A stretch of DNA of 64,000 bases from an uncultured delta proteobacterium (GCA_963850305.1 CAWKKR010000008.1:704001-768000), one strand, 5' to 3'; shown: positions 38,217 to 51,517, counted from the stretch's first letter. Notes: generated from the letters alone by a model not told the origin. Numbers and translations: made by a program.

Positions 38217-39326
38217 TCAGTGATAGGTCGCCGACAGGAGTAGCGCAGGGGCGTAGGCCTGGTGACTCCAACCAACGCCCCGATTGTCCGTGCCCTTGGT
38301 GGTGCCGTAAATGAAGCGCCCGAGGAGCCCCAGACTCCACTGGTCTCCAATCCACCACTCGTACCCCGTACCGAGCATGAACCCGAACCCGACCGAGGCG
38401 TTCGCCTGCGCCTGGGCTCCCTCGACGCGGGGTTCACCTACTCCGGCAACGTAGGTTGCCACACCCGGGCTGGCTTCGACGTGAAAGCCGGACTTCGGAT
38501 CGACGTACCAATCGACGAGCGGGCCCGCGACGACGAGCTGCGATACGCGAAACGCATAGTCCCCCGTACTCGGGTCCTTGACGGAGGCCACGAGCCCCGT
38601 GATCGTCGCGGTGTAGACCCCGGCGCCCAGCACGAACCCCGGTAAGGGCGTGAATCCGACGGCAACTTCCGTCACGGGGGCAAGGCCCGACCCCGATCCG
38701 TCGAGTGGCTCGGCCGCGAACGACAGCTCGCGTGTCGTCGGCAAAACCTTGTCCGATTGCATCGCGTCGCGACCGATGCCGATGCCGCCCGCGAAGCGGA
38801 AGTAAAACCCGTCGTGGCGACGGCGCGACGCATCCGCGAGGCGCACGTAGGCCGGACGCGATGCACCGGCGTTAGTGGTCGGCGTCGGAAAGGTTCGCTG
38901 ATAGGCGCCGAACGATTGCTGATAGCGACGCTGCTCCGCCGCCAGCGAACCCGGCGGCGGCGGATATCCGTACGGATATCCGGGAGGGTACGGAGAGCCG
39001 CCTTGCGGGTAGCCCTGAGTGGGTGCGGGATAGGGCGGAGGCGAGTAGGGTGCGGGTGCGGGATAGGGCGGAGGCGAGTAGGATGCGGGTGCGGGATAGG
39101 GCGGAGGCGAGTAGGGTGCGGGCGCGGGTGCAGGTGCGGGATAGGGCGGAGGTGCGAGGCGCGGCGGCGGGGACGGGGTACTGCCGGGGACGGGTGGGAA
39201 GCCCGCGGTGCTCTGGGCCGCCGCGACTGGCGCCAGCACGAGGATCACGGCGAACGAAAGAACGCGAGCGCCGCCCCTGGACAGACCCCGGATCAAGACC
39301 AGCCTTTCGCGTTTCTCACTGACCAA
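38217..39326 (-). CDS. Secreted protein with Pro-rich linker and C-terminal beta-barrel
   Basis: Signal peptide, (PAPYSPPPY)n, RRHDGFYFRFAGGIG...GYEWWIGDQWSLGL...LSATYH. Confidence 0.72.
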   Translation of the reverse strand: MVSEKRERLVLIRGLSRGGARVLSFAVILVLAPVAAAQSTAGFPPVPGSTPSPPPRLAPPPYPAPAPAPAPYSPPPYPAPASYSPPPYPAPAPYSPPPYPAPTQGYPQGGSPYPPGYPYGYPPPPGSLAAEQRRYQQSFGAYQRTFPTPTTNAGASRPAYVRLADASRRRHDGFYFRFAGGIGIGRDAMQSDKVLPTTRELSFAAEPLDGSGSGLAPVTEVAVGFTPLPGFVLGAGVYTATITGLVASVKDPSTGDYAFRVSQLVVAGPLVDWYVDPKSGFHVEASPGVATYVAGVGEPRVEGAQAQANASVGFGFMLGTGYEWWIGDQWSLGLLGRFIYGTTKGTDNRGVGWSHQAYAPALLLSATYH

Positions 39327-39384
39327 TACCGCGCCGAGCCCCGCTGGCCGCGTCAGGGACGAGGCCCTCGCGACCGACGCGAGT

Positions 39385-41478
<2,094 letters not shown>

Positions 41479-41546
41479 GCTGTTTGCTTTCCGGGTTCGA
41501 GTTTCGGTGATCGAACATGAACCATAGCTTGGATCCGGCGCTGGCG

Positions 41547-43022
41547 TCAGGGCGCGATTCCGCCCTCCGTCTCCAGCCTCAGCTTCGAGTGCTTTCGCCC
41601 GTAGCTTGCGTAGAAGACGAGCCCGAGGGCCATCCAGCCGAAGAGCCGGAACAGCGTGAACGTCGTCGCGGTGTAGAGAAGGAGGCCGGAGCTGAGCGCG
41701 CCGCAGATCGGCACGAGGTAGGTTCCGCCCGGCACCCGGAAAGCGCGCGGCACGTCGGGATGGGTGCGGCGCAGGATCATCACGCCGAGGCTAACGAGCA
41801 CGAAGGCGAACAGAGTCCCCACGGACGTCAGCTCGCCGAGGAAGTCGATCGGCAAGAGCCCGCCCGCAAGCGCGCACCCGATGCCCGCACCGATGGTCGT
41901 CACGTACGGCGTGCCGAACCGGGGGTGCACCTGCGCCGCGAACGCGGGGAAGAGCCCGTCGTGGGCCATCGAATAAAAGATGCGCGGCTGACCGAGCAAG
42001 AGCACGACCATCACCGACGAAAGTCCGGCGATGGCGCCGACCTCGACCAGCGTCGTGAGCCATCCGATCCCGGTGACCGAGATGCCGACGGCGATCGGCT
42101 GCGGCACGTTCAGCCGGGTGTACGAGACGACGCCCGTGAGAACCACCGAGACGGCGATGTAGAGCACCGTGCAGATCGCGAGCGACGCGAGAATGCCGAT
42201 GGGGAGATCTCTCTTGGGGTTGCGGGTCTCCTGCGCGGCGGTGCTCACCGCGTCGAAGCCGATGTACGCGAAGAAGACCTTCGTCGCCCCCTGGAGGATG
42301 CCCGAAGCGCCGAACTCGCCGAACGTTCCGGTGTTGGGCGGAATGAACGGATGCCAGTTCGAGCGCTTCACGAACGGCGCCGCGCACACGACGAACAAGC
42401 AGACGATGACGACCTTCACGAAGACGATCGCCGAGTTGAACCGCGCGCTCTCCTTGATCCCGACGACGAGAATGACGGTCACCGCGAGCGAGACGAAGAC
42501 CGCGGGAAGATTCAGGACGGCGCCCGTCGGGCGAAAGTCGTGCGCCGACTCCACCCAGACGATGGGGGCGCTCGTCCACGCCTTCGGGAGATCGATGCCG
42601 AGCGCGCTGTCGAAGAACGAGACGACGTACCCCGACCATCCGGCGCTCACGGTCGCGGCGCCGACCAGGTACTCGAGGATCAAGTCCCAGCCGATGATCC
42701 ACGCGACGAGCTCGCCCATGGTCGCGTAGGCGTACGTGTACGCGCTCCCGGCCACGGGAATCATCGAGGCCATCTCCGCGTAGCAGAGCCCGGCGAAGCC
42801 CGACGCGACGCCCGCGACGATGAACGAGAGAGCGACGGCGGGCCCCGCGTTCTTCGCGGCGGCCGTGCCCGTGAGCACGAAGATCCCCGTACCGATGATC
42901 GCCCCGATGCCGAGCATCGTGAGATCGAAGGCCCCGAGGGACCGCTTGAGCTGGTGGTGCGTGCCCCCCGCATCCTCGCGGAGTTGATCGACCGACTTCG
43001 TCCGAAGGAGCGGGCTGCTCAT
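41547..43022 (-). CDS. APC-family amino acid permease
   Basis: [36 protein letters not shown]; about 12 TM. Confidence 0.95.
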   Translation of the reverse strand: MSSPLLRTKSVDQLREDAGGTHHQLKRSLGAFDLTMLGIGAIIGTGIFVLTGTAAAKNAGPAVALSFIVAGVASGFAGLCYAEMASMIPVAGSAYTYAYATMGELVAWIIGWDLILEYLVGAATVSAGWSGYVVSFFDSALGIDLPKAWTSAPIVWVESAHDFRPTGAVLNLPAVFVSLAVTVILVVGIKESARFNSAIVFVKVVIVCLFVVCAAPFVKRSNWHPFIPPNTGTFGEFGASGILQGATKVFFAYIGFDAVSTAAQETRNPKRDLPIGILASLAICTVLYIAVSVVLTGVVSYTRLNVPQPIAVGISVTGIGWLTTLVEVGAIAGLSSVMVVLLLGQPRIFYSMAHDGLFPAFAAQVHPRFGTPYVTTIGAGIGCALAGGLLPIDFLGELTSVGTLFAFVLVSLGVMILRRTHPDVPRAFRVPGGTYLVPICGALSSGLLLYTATTFTLFRLFGWMALGLVFYASYGRKHSKLRLETEGGIAP

Positions 43023-43060
43023 CCAAGGCTCGCGTTACGAGCCCAATCTATCAAGCTTTG

Positions 43061-45175
43061 TCAGAGGCCGAGCAACTTCAGGAGCATGCCGCCGTGATGC
43101 TCGAAGAACGGGGCGAAAACGAGGCTGAGGATGGCCATGAGCTTCATGAGGATGTTGAGCGACGGACCCGACGTGTCCTTGAACGGATCGCCGACGGTAT
43201 CGCCCACGACCGCGGCCTTGTGTGTGTCCGACCCTTTTCCGCCGTGATTCCCGGATTCGATGTACTTCTTGGCGTTGTCCCACGCGCCGCCCGCGTTCGA
43301 CGAGGCAAGGGCCATGACCACGCCCGACACCATCGACCCGGCGAGCACTCCCGCCAGCGCGTCCACGCCGAACAGCGTGCCGACGAGGATCGGAGTCGCG
43401 ATGACGAGCACGGCTGGCTTCACCATTTCCTTCAGGGCCGCGATCGTCGAAATGGAAACGCAGCTCGCGTAGTCGGGGCGCCCCGTGCCGTCCATGAGAC
43501 CCGGGATCGTCCGGAACTGACGGCGCACTTCCTCGACCATGCCCAGCGCGGCCTTGCCGACGGCCTTCATGGTGTACGCCGTGAAGAGGAACGGGAGCAC
43601 ACCGCCGACGAGGAGGCCCGCGAAGACCGTCGGGGAGAGGATATCGAGGCTGTCCACGTGGGAACGCGTCAGGAAGGCCGCGAAGAGCGCGAGCGCCGTG
43701 AGCATCGCGCTGCCGATGGCAAAGCCTTTGCCGATCGCGGCCGTCGTGTTGCCCGCGGCGTCGAGCGTGTCCGTGCGCCTTCGGATCTCCGGTCCGAGGT
43801 GCGCCATCTCCGCGATGCCGCCCGCGTTGTCGGAGACCGGACCGTAGGCGTCGATGGTGAGCCCTATCGGGATTGTGGAGATCATACCGATCGCGGCCAT
43901 CGCGATACCGTACATGCCGGCGAGGTGGAACGAGACGTAGACCGTGACCGCGAGCGCGATGACCGGGATGAACGAGGATTCGTACCCGAGCGAGAGCCCG
44001 TAGATGATGTTCGTCGCGGGCCCGGTGCGGGACGCGTCCGCGACTTCGCGAACGGGCGTGTAAGCGTGGGACGTGTAGTACTCGGTCACGTAGCCGATGA
44101 GCAAACCCGACCACAGTCCGGCCAGCACCGAGACGAGCACCCCGCTGCGAGTGACGGTGCGCCCGGCGAGAGTGAACGAGTCCACCATCGCGTACTGAGT
44201 GACGAAGTAGATCGCGACGCTCATGAGGGCCGTCGACAGGACGAGCTGCTTCTTCAGCGCCGGCTCGGCCGACTTCGCGTCGTCGGCGAGGCCGGCGAAG
44301 GCCGCGGTGAGCAAACAGACGGGAATGCCGGTGGCCGTGACGAGGATGGGATAGAGGAGCGCGCTTTGCCGCCCCACGATCTCGGTCGCGCTCGCGCCGA
44401 TGAGGAGCGCCGCGCAGGTCCCCTCCGCGCAGGAACCGAAGAGATCCGCTCCCATGCCGGCAATGTCGCCGACGTTGTCCCCGACGTTGTCCGCGATGAC
44501 GGCGGGATTTCGCGGGTCGTCTTCCGGAATGCCCTGCTCGATCTTGCCGACGAGATCGGCGCCGACGTCGGCGGCCTTCGTGTAGATCCCGCCGCCGACG
44601 CGGCCGAAAAGGGCGACCGTCGACCCGCCCAGCCCGAACCCCGCGAGCATGTCCATGAGGAGCGGCGCGTCCTGGATGTAGACCGCGAACAGAAGATAGA
44701 CGCTCGTCAGCCCGATGAGCACGAGCCCGACGAGGCCGAAGCCCATGACGGCGCCCGAGTTGAACGCGACGCGGAAGGCGTCGCTCATGCTCTTCTGCGC
44801 CATGACGGTCGTGCGAACGTTGCCGGCCGTCGCGATGCGCATGCCGAGAAACGCGCAGGCGCTCGACGTCACTGCGCCGCTGAGGAACGCACCGGCGCTG
44901 AACAGCCCCTGGTTCAGCGGGCTCGCGGCGTCGTTCAGGAGGAAGAGCATCAGGAGGGCGAAGACGCCGGCGAAGATGGCGACGTACCGGTACTCCTTCG
45001 ACAAGAAGGCCATCGCCCCCTCGCTGATGGCGGTCGAAATCTCCTTCAGCTTGGCCGTCGCCTCTGCGCTCGCGCCCGAGCCCTCGATGGAAATGGCCAT
45101 GACGGCGCGCGAGTAGAAGAAGGCAGCCACGAGCGCCAGTCCGGCGCACCCGAAGATCGCGAAGATCACCAACAA
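43061..45175 (-). CDS. hppA: Membrane-bound ion-translocating pyrophosphatase, K+-dependent signature
   Basis: [58 protein letters not shown]. Confidence 0.96.
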   Translation of the reverse strand: MLVIFAIFGCAGLALVAAFFYSRAVMAISIEGSGASAEATAKLKEISTAISEGAMAFLSKEYRYVAIFAGVFALLMLFLLNDAASPLNQGLFSAGAFLSGAVTSSACAFLGMRIATAGNVRTTVMAQKSMSDAFRVAFNSGAVMGFGLVGLVLIGLTSVYLLFAVYIQDAPLLMDMLAGFGLGGSTVALFGRVGGGIYTKAADVGADLVGKIEQGIPEDDPRNPAVIADNVGDNVGDIAGMGADLFGSCAEGTCAALLIGASATEIVGRQSALLYPILVTATGIPVCLLTAAFAGLADDAKSAEPALKKQLVLSTALMSVAIYFVTQYAMVDSFTLAGRTVTRSGVLVSVLAGLWSGLLIGYVTEYYTSHAYTPVREVADASRTGPATNIIYGLSLGYESSFIPVIALAVTVYVSFHLAGMYGIAMAAIGMISTIPIGLTIDAYGPVSDNAGGIAEMAHLGPEIRRRTDTLDAAGNTTAAIGKGFAIGSAMLTALALFAAFLTRSHVDSLDILSPTVFAGLLVGGVLPFLFTAYTMKAVGKAALGMVEEVRRQFRTIPGLMDGTGRPDYASCVSISTIAALKEMVKPAVLVIATPILVGTLFGVDALAGVLAGSMVSGVVMALASSNAGGAWDNAKKYIESGNHGGKGSDTHKAAVVGDTVGDPFKDTSGPSLNILMKLMAILSLVFAPFFEHHGGMLLKLLGL

Positions 45176-45329
45176 TACCTCCCTGGCCCTGTCCCCTGGA
45201 AACGGTGGGGAACCGGGACCAGCGGTCGGCCGTCATCTACGCGAGGCACGTCTCCGCCGTCAACGAAGATGGCGAGGGACGGGGCCCGCGATGGGCAGAT
45301 TGAGCGGGATGCGGGCCCCTGGCGCATGT

Positions 45330-46715
45330 TCAGTCCCGCGTCTCGAGCTCGGCCTTGAAAGCCTGGAGAGTCTTCTTCGCATCGCCGAGCACGACCATCG
45401 TGTTCGGTAGATAGAAGAGCTCGTTGTCGAGACCCGAGAACCCCGTGTTCATGCTCCGCTTGAGCACGATGACCGTCTTCGCCTGCTCGACGTTGAACAC
45501 GGGCATGCCGTAGATGGGGCTGCCCTTGTTGGTCTTCGCAGCGGGATTCACGACGTCGTTCGCACCGACGACCAGCACGACGTCCGTCTGCGCAAAATCG
45601 TCGTTGATGTCGTCGAGGTCGAAGAGCTGGTCGTAGGGGACGTCGGCCTCGGCGAGGAGCACGTTCATGTGGCCAGGCATGCGGCCCGCGACCGGGTGGA
45701 TCGCGTAACGAACCGTCGCCCCGCGTTTCTCGAGTATCTGCCCGAGCTCCCGGACGGCGTGCTGCGCCTGGGAAACGGCGAGCCCGTAACCCGGCACGAC
45801 GATGACCGACTGCGCCGCCTCGAGCGCGGAGCTCGCGTCCTCGACCGTTCCCTGGTTGTACTGGGCCACGCGACCGTCCGGCGCGGCGGCGGCCACGGTC
45901 CCCTCGGTGCCGAACGCGCCGAAGAGCACGTTGGCGAACGACCGGTTCATCGCCTTGCTCATCATCATGGAGAGAATGAAGCCGCTCGTGCCGTCCAGGG
46001 CGCCGGCGATGATGAGCACGTTGTTGTGAATCGCGAACCCCGTCGCGGCCGACGAGAGCCCCGCGTACGAGTTGAGGAGCGAGATCACGACGGGCATGTC
46101 CGCGCCGCCGATCGGGACGACGGCCGTGACGCCGATGACCAGGCCCACTCCGCAGATCGTGTAGAAGACCCTCGCGAACTCGGGGTGCACGATGAACACG
46201 ATGAGTCCGACGAGGCTCCCGAGGAATGCCGCGATGTTCAGGGCGTTCAGACCGGGAAAGGTGATCGGCTTGCCGGTGATGAAGCCCTGGAGCTTCCCGA
46301 AGGCGAGCATGCTCCCCGTGAACGTCAGGAAACCGAAGAACGTCTCGAACCCGAGCGCCGTGCGGGTCACCATCTCGAGCGCGTGAGGGTCGTGCCGGAC
46401 GTACTCCGAGATGCCGACGAGGGCCGCCGCGAGACCGCCGAACGCGTGCGAGAGCGCGATCCGTTCCGGCATCTTCGTCATCGGGATCCACACCGACATC
46501 GCGATGCCGATGAGCGAGCCGATGATGGCGCCGGGGATGATCCACCTGAAGTCGACGATCTCCGTCTTGAAGAGAGTCCCGATGACGGCGATGGTCATGC
46601 CGAACACGCCGATGAGCACGCCCCTGCGCGCGAGCTTCGGCGAGCTCAGAAACTGGAGCGTCAGGATGAAGCAGACGGACGCGATGAGGTAAGACGGTCC
46701 GGAGAGCTCGTCCAT
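45330..46715 (-). CDS. pntB: NAD(P) transhydrogenase subunit beta
   Basis: GGADMPVVISLLNSYAG, VPGYGLAVSQAQ, IHPVAGRMPGHMNVLLAEA, GANDVVNPAA; ATG 46715 overlaps the upstream stop. Confidence 0.96.
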   Translation of the reverse strand: MDELSGPSYLIASVCFILTLQFLSSPKLARRGVLIGVFGMTIAVIGTLFKTEIVDFRWIIPGAIIGSLIGIAMSVWIPMTKMPERIALSHAFGGLAAALVGISEYVRHDPHALEMVTRTALGFETFFGFLTFTGSMLAFGKLQGFITGKPITFPGLNALNIAAFLGSLVGLIVFIVHPEFARVFYTICGVGLVIGVTAVVPIGGADMPVVISLLNSYAGLSSAATGFAIHNNVLIIAGALDGTSGFILSMMMSKAMNRSFANVLFGAFGTEGTVAAAAPDGRVAQYNQGTVEDASSALEAAQSVIVVPGYGLAVSQAQHAVRELGQILEKRGATVRYAIHPVAGRMPGHMNVLLAEADVPYDQLFDLDDINDDFAQTDVVLVVGANDVVNPAAKTNKGSPIYGMPVFNVEQAKTVIVLKRSMNTGFSGLDNELFYLPNTMVVLGDAKKTLQAFKAELETRD

Positions 46716-47008
46716 CAGCGGCCTCCGCTCTTCTTCTTGAACATGCGGAGCATGCGATCCGTGATGAGGAATCCGCCGACCGCGTTGATGGTCGCGCACA
46801 CGACTGCAACGAAGCCGAGAATGGTGCTCGTGTGAGTGAAGTCTCCGCCGGCGGCGACGAGCGACCCGACGAGCGAGATCCCGGCGATGGCGTTCGTGCC
46901 GGCCATCAGCGGCGTGTGGAGCAAGTGCGGGACCTTGCTGATCACGTGGTGACCGAGGAACCCAGCGAGGACGAGGATGTAGAGCGAGAAGAGAAGATCG
47001 TGCGACAT
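46715..47008 (-). CDS. pntAB: NAD(P) transhydrogenase alpha-2 (membrane) subunit
   Basis: VPHLLHTPLMAGTNAIAGI...INAVGGFLITDRMLRMF. Confidence 0.93.
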   Translation of the reverse strand: MSHDLLFSLYILVLAGFLGHHVISKVPHLLHTPLMAGTNAIAGISLVGSLVAAGGDFTHTSTILGFVAVVCATINAVGGFLITDRMLRMFKKKSGGR

Positions 47009-47248
47009 CGAGGACTCCTCTGGCGGAGCCGCGAAACGCCACGCCGTTCGACGGACGTGGTGCTCCCGCGGGCCCTTCGGGGGCCGGGAGCCTAGTACCA
47101 GTCGTTGCCGCGCTGCCCTATTTTTTTGGGTCCCACACGGGGTCGCGACGGGCTTTCCGCTGTCAACGCAAGTAGGCGGAGCGCCGCCCGGCTCCGGCTA
47201 CGGCGTGGCCGGACGGCGCGCGACGGCGCGCTCCACCGCGGAGGGCGT

Positions 47249-48684
47249 TCACCGGTGTCCGCCGCCGAAGTGACCGCCACCGCCACCGCCGAAGTGACCG
47301 CCACCGCCGCCGCCGAAGTGACCGCCACCGCCGCCGCCGAAGTGACCGCCGCCGCCACCGCCGAAGTGACCGCCACCGCCACCCGAGTGGAACGACGGGG
47401 CCGAATAGGAGTGATACGCGCCCCCGGAATAGGGGTGATACGCGGGCGCCGAATAGGAGTGATACGCGGGCGCCGAATAGGAGTGATACGCGCCGCCCGA
47501 ATACGGATGGTACACGCCACCCGAATACGAACGGTACGCAGGCGCTGAATACGAACGATACGCACCGCTCGAAAACGAGCGATACGCAGGCGCCGAATAC
47601 GAACGATACGCGGACGTCGAGTACGACCGCGGGGCTTCGATACTTCTAGGCGCGCCGACGGTTCGCGGCGTGGACGCGCGGTACGCGACGCCCGTCCGAG
47701 CGCCCGTGCCGACTCCACCGTGGAACGACGTGGCGACCATGCCGCTGCGCCCGAGGGGCACGCGAGCGACCGGATACGCCGCGCGCGGCACGCGAGCGAT
47801 CGCGAGCGGAGGGCCGCGGAACGCGAGCCCGGGCCTCCCGGCGAAGTAACGGTGCGTCGCGCCGCCGAGATACCGGATGTAGCCCGGGTTCCTCACCAGG
47901 TAGTGATACGGGAACGGTGAGAACAGATAAGCGCTCGGCAGGAACACCCAGTAGAATGGGGGCGGATACCAGACCGAGACGGCGTATCCGTCTTGCCAGA
48001 TGTAGTCCGGTGCGGCCGGCGCCCAGCCCACGTAGTCGTAGCTCGACGTCGGAACGCGCCACGTGACCCACGCGGGTGCGTAGCGGTCCCCGGGGATCCA
48101 CGACCAGCCGTAAGACGTCCACACCCAGCGCCCGTAGTGGAACACCACGTCGCCGAAGGCGAAGTCGCTCACCCAGACCCAGTCGTTGTTGGAGTCGAGC
48201 GCCCAGTGACCGTTCGTGACGTAGGGCGAGAAATTCTCACCGACGATGTTGCGATCGGGAACCCAGATGGTTCCGTACTTCGGATCGTTGACCCAGCTCC
48301 CGTACGGATCGAGCTGGGAGCGAAACTGATCGAGCGCGCGCGGGTCGGTGTCGGAGCCTTGCGTCGGATCCTCGGGCGGCGCCACCGCGGGGGGCTCCGC
48401 GGCGGAGGCGGGCTGCGTGGACGGCGGAATGCTCGGAGACGTCAGGACCGTCTCGCCGCCGGCATTCGGTGCCGTCGCGGGCGTTCCTTGCGGGGACCCC
48501 GAAGATCGGCTCCCTGCGTCGGCTTCGGCGCGGCAGGCGCGGCAGGCGGAGCGGGAGCAGCGGGCGGCGCGGCAGCGGCCGGACCCGCGGCCGCAACACC
48601 GGAAGCGGAAAGCACGAACATCATCGTCGCCGCGACGGCCCCCGCCGCGTGACGAGGTGAGCACACCAATCTCGACCATCCCAT
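47249..48684 (-). CDS. DUF6600-like exported protein with Tyr/Ser and Gly/His repeat tail; probable frameshift near 48500
   Basis: FRSQLDPYGSWV..YGTIWVP..FSPYVTNGHW..WVWVSD..HYGRW..APAWVTW..GWAP; signal-like N-terminus lies in another frame. Confidence 0.72.
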
Positions 48685-48844
48685 GCAGAGATCATGCAGC
48701 CTCGCGCGAGGCAACGCAACGGCCCGTGGAACGAGGGGAATGGCTGTCTCGATGATGCTTTCTTCAGAATCCGAGGATTCGAACGCGTGCACACTGATCA
48801 TGGGATGTCTCCGGTTGGGCGGCAGTGAGGTCTACGCTCACGGA

Positions 48845-48961
48845 CGTTGCCCGCCCCCCGGGGCTTGCTTCGCAACCCCTCCCCCCGGTACTCGCTCCGC
48901 TCGCGTAGTTCCGCAGCTCTTTGATGCTTCAGGACGACGCTGCTCGTCGATGCGGAACTAC
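48845..48961 (-). repeat. GTAG-type palindromic repeat element (copy C)
   Basis: Reverse complement GTAGTTCCGCATCGACGAGCAGCGTCGTCC...TGCGGAACTAC..GAGCGGAGCGAGTACCGGGGGGAGGGGTTGCGAAGCAAGCCCCGGGGGGCGGGCAACG aligns with 14267-14383. Confidence 0.88.
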
Positions 48962-49090
48962 GGTCCCTCCACGATCTCCGTTGACGCGATCCGGCGAGGA
49001 CCGCCGACGGGGGAGCGCTCGTCTGTCCGGTGTTCGTCTACCCTTCGCGAAAGGGGGCCTTGCCGACAGGCAGGGTTCGGGTAGCGACGG

Positions 49091-49513
49091 TCAGGGGTTG
49101 GGCCAACCTACCCAGTCTGCGCCGCCGGGACCATGCTCGCGCTTCCAGATGGGAACACGGGCCTTGATGCGGTCGATGAGGAGCCGACAGGCGCGGAACG
49201 CCTCGTCACGATGCTTCGCACTGGCCGCGCAGATGACCGCGACGTCCCCCACCGCCAGCCGGCCGATGCGGTGGAGCGCGGCCACCCGAACCCCCGGGAG
49301 CTCCTCGACGATCTCGGCGCCGATGCGGGCCATCTCTTTTTCGGCCATGGCAACATAGGCGTCGTACTCGAGGAGCATCACCGCGCGACCTTCGCTGTCG
49401 TCCCGGACCACGCCGACGAAGACGTCGATGCCGCCCGCGGCCGGGTGCGCGACCGCACCCACGCACTCGTCGACCGACAACGCCGATTCTCGGATCGAAA
49501 AGAGCGGGGTCAA
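49091..49513 (-). CDS. moaE: Molybdopterin synthase catalytic subunit
   Basis: GGIDVFVGVVRD, LEYDAY, HRIGRL, SAKHRDEAF, IKARVPIWKRE; TTG start overlaps the moaC stop. Confidence 0.93.
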   Translation of the reverse strand: MTPLFSIRESALSVDECVGAVAHPAAGGIDVFVGVVRDDSEGRAVMLLEYDAYVAMAEKEMARIGAEIVEELPGVRVAALHRIGRLAVGDVAVICAASAKHRDEAFRACRLLIDRIKARVPIWKREHGPGGADWVGWPNP

Positions 49514-50391
49514 CGCCGGAAATCTCCGGAGCGCCCGCCGGTCTTTTCGACGAGCCGCGTCGGACCGATCGTCATCGCGCGGTCGCTGGACTTGAGCATG
49601 TCGTAGATCGTGAGTGCGGCGACGCTCGCGGCGACGAGCGCCTCCATCTCGACGCCCGTGCGGTCGACGGCCTCGACGGTCGCGACCACGCGGATGGACG
49701 CAGCAGTCGCGTCGAGCGTGAACTCGACGCTCGCGTTCGAGAGCGCGACCGAATGGCAGAGCGGGATCAGCTCGGGCGTCCGCTTCGACGCCATGATACC
49801 GGCAAGACGCGCGGCGCCGAGGACGTCCCCTTTCGCGACGTCGGCGGACCGGAGCTTGTCGAACGCGGCGCGAGTCATGGTGACGACGCTCTCGCCGACG
49901 GCGCGCCGTCGCGTCGCGACTTTTTCTCCGACGTCCACCATGCGCGCGCCGCCCGCCGCGCCGAGATGCGTCGAGATGGCACGTGCGCCGACGATCTCGG
50001 CGTGAGCGGCCTCCACGCGGGCGAGCGAGCCGCGGCCCGCCTCGGCGAGTGCAAAGCGATCGAGTGGATGGAGCGACGCCCACACGCCGTCCGAGAGCGC
50101 GAGCGCCGGAGTCAGCTTTTCCGCGACGACCGCGGGGACGCGATCCGCCGGCGGCTCGGTGCCGCGCGGGACCGTCGCGACTCCGGCCACGACCGCCCTG
50201 ACCGCCTCGCGAACCCCGTCCCCGTCGACGTCGCGCGCCGCGCCGAGCTCCACCACCTTCTCTCGCACGGGCACCGGTAGCGCCGTCCACACCTCGTCCG
50301 AGAGCCGCAATCCCGCCCGGTCGAAGGCGCGCCGCGCCGCGACGGGCGCAGGCTGGAGGCGCTCGTCTGTCCCGTCGAAGCGGTAGATCAC
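49510..50391 (-). CDS. moaC: Cyclic pyranopterin monophosphate synthase with N-terminal nitrate-reductase-associated (NarM-like) domain
   Basis: C-terminal THL..G.ARMVDVGEK, ELIPLCH, TGVEMEAL, IYDMLK, KTGGRSG; extra N-terminal domain of about 135 aa. Confidence 0.9.
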   Translation of the reverse strand: MIYRFDGTDERLQPAPVAARRAFDRAGLRLSDEVWTALPVPVREKVVELGAARDVDGDGVREAVRAVVAGVATVPRGTEPPADRVPAVVAEKLTPALALSDGVWASLHPLDRFALAEAGRGSLARVEAAHAEIVGARAISTHLGAAGGARMVDVGEKVATRRRAVGESVVTMTRAAFDKLRSADVAKGDVLGAARLAGIMASKRTPELIPLCHSVALSNASVEFTLDATAASIRVVATVEAVDRTGVEMEALVAASVAALTIYDMLKSSDRAMTIGPTRLVEKTGGRSGDFRR

Positions 50392-50511
50392 CCGCGCATT
50401 GTACGGGAAACCAGGGCGGCGTGGTTCTTCACGAAACCGGGCGTGCACTGCAACGCGTCCGGTTCGGTGCTACTTCCGGGCGCGTTGTCCTCGCCGAGCT
50501 CACCCTTGCCG

Positions 50512-51517
50512 ATGGTGCGTCCCCTCGATCGTCTGGGCCGCGCACTCGAAGATCTACGGATCTCGGTGACGGACCGGTGCAACTTTCGCTGCCCTTATTG
50601 CATGCCGCGGGCCGCGTTCGGCGACGGCCATCGGTTCCTCTCGAACCCGGAGCTATTGACCATCCACGAGATCGCCCGTGTCGCCCGCGTGTTCGCCGGG
50701 CTCGGCGTCCGCAAGCTCCGGCTGACCGGGGGCGAGCCGCTGCTTCGCGCGGATTTGCCGGACCTCGTCGAGCTCCTCGCGACGATCCCGGACTGTGACC
50801 TTGCCTTGACGACGAACGGCGCGCTGCTCGAGCGGCGCGCCGCCGAGCTCGCGCGCGCGGGCCTCCGCCGCGTCACGGTGAGTCTGGACTCCCTCGACGC
50901 GCACGTCTTTCGAACCATGAGCGACTCGGACGTCCCGGTGACCGATGTCCTACGCGGCATCGACGCGGCGCTGGCCGCGGGCCTGGCGCCCGTGAAACTC
51001 AACGCCGTCGTCCGCCGCGGCGTGAACGACGCGACCGTCGTCGAGCTCGCCCGGCGCTTCCGCGGCACCGGCGTCGTGGTCCGCTTCATCGAGTACATGG
51101 ACGTCGGCACGACCAACCACTGGAGCGAACGAGACGTGGTTTCCGGCAAAGGAGATCGTCGACCGGATCGACGCGACCCTGCCGCTCGAACCCGTCGAAC
51201 CGAGCTACGCCGGAGAGGTCGCGCGCCGGTACCGATACCGCGACGGCGGCGGGGAAATCGGCATCGTGGCATCCGTCACCCAGCCGTTCTGCGGCGCTTG
51301 CACCCGCGCGCGTCTCTCCGCCGACGGCCGCCTCTACACGTGCCTCTTCGCGACGCGCGGAGTGGACCTTCGGCACCTGCTCCGGGACTCCGGGGACGAC
51401 GGCGTCGTGGAGCGCGCAATCCACCAGGCCTGGCGCGAGCGCGAAGACCGCTACTCCGAACTCCGCACCGAGCTGGCGACCGCGCCGAAGATCGAGATGA
51501 GCTACATCGGGGGATGA
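50512..51517 (+). CDS. moaA: GTP 3',8-cyclase, frameshift at AAA 51148-51150
   Basis: LRISVTDRCNFRCPYCMP, RLTGGEPLLR, RFIEYMDVG; C-terminal PFCGACTRARLSADG..C..MSYIGG in the +1 frame. Confidence 0.93.

Noticed and set aside
39020..39150. Tandem ~33-bp DNA repeats
   Set aside because: They encode the Pro-rich PAPYSPPPY linker; ordinary coding low complexity
41517..46835. Long plus-strand ORFs opposite the permease, hppA and pntB
   Set aside because: Antisense shadows of well-supported membrane-protein genes
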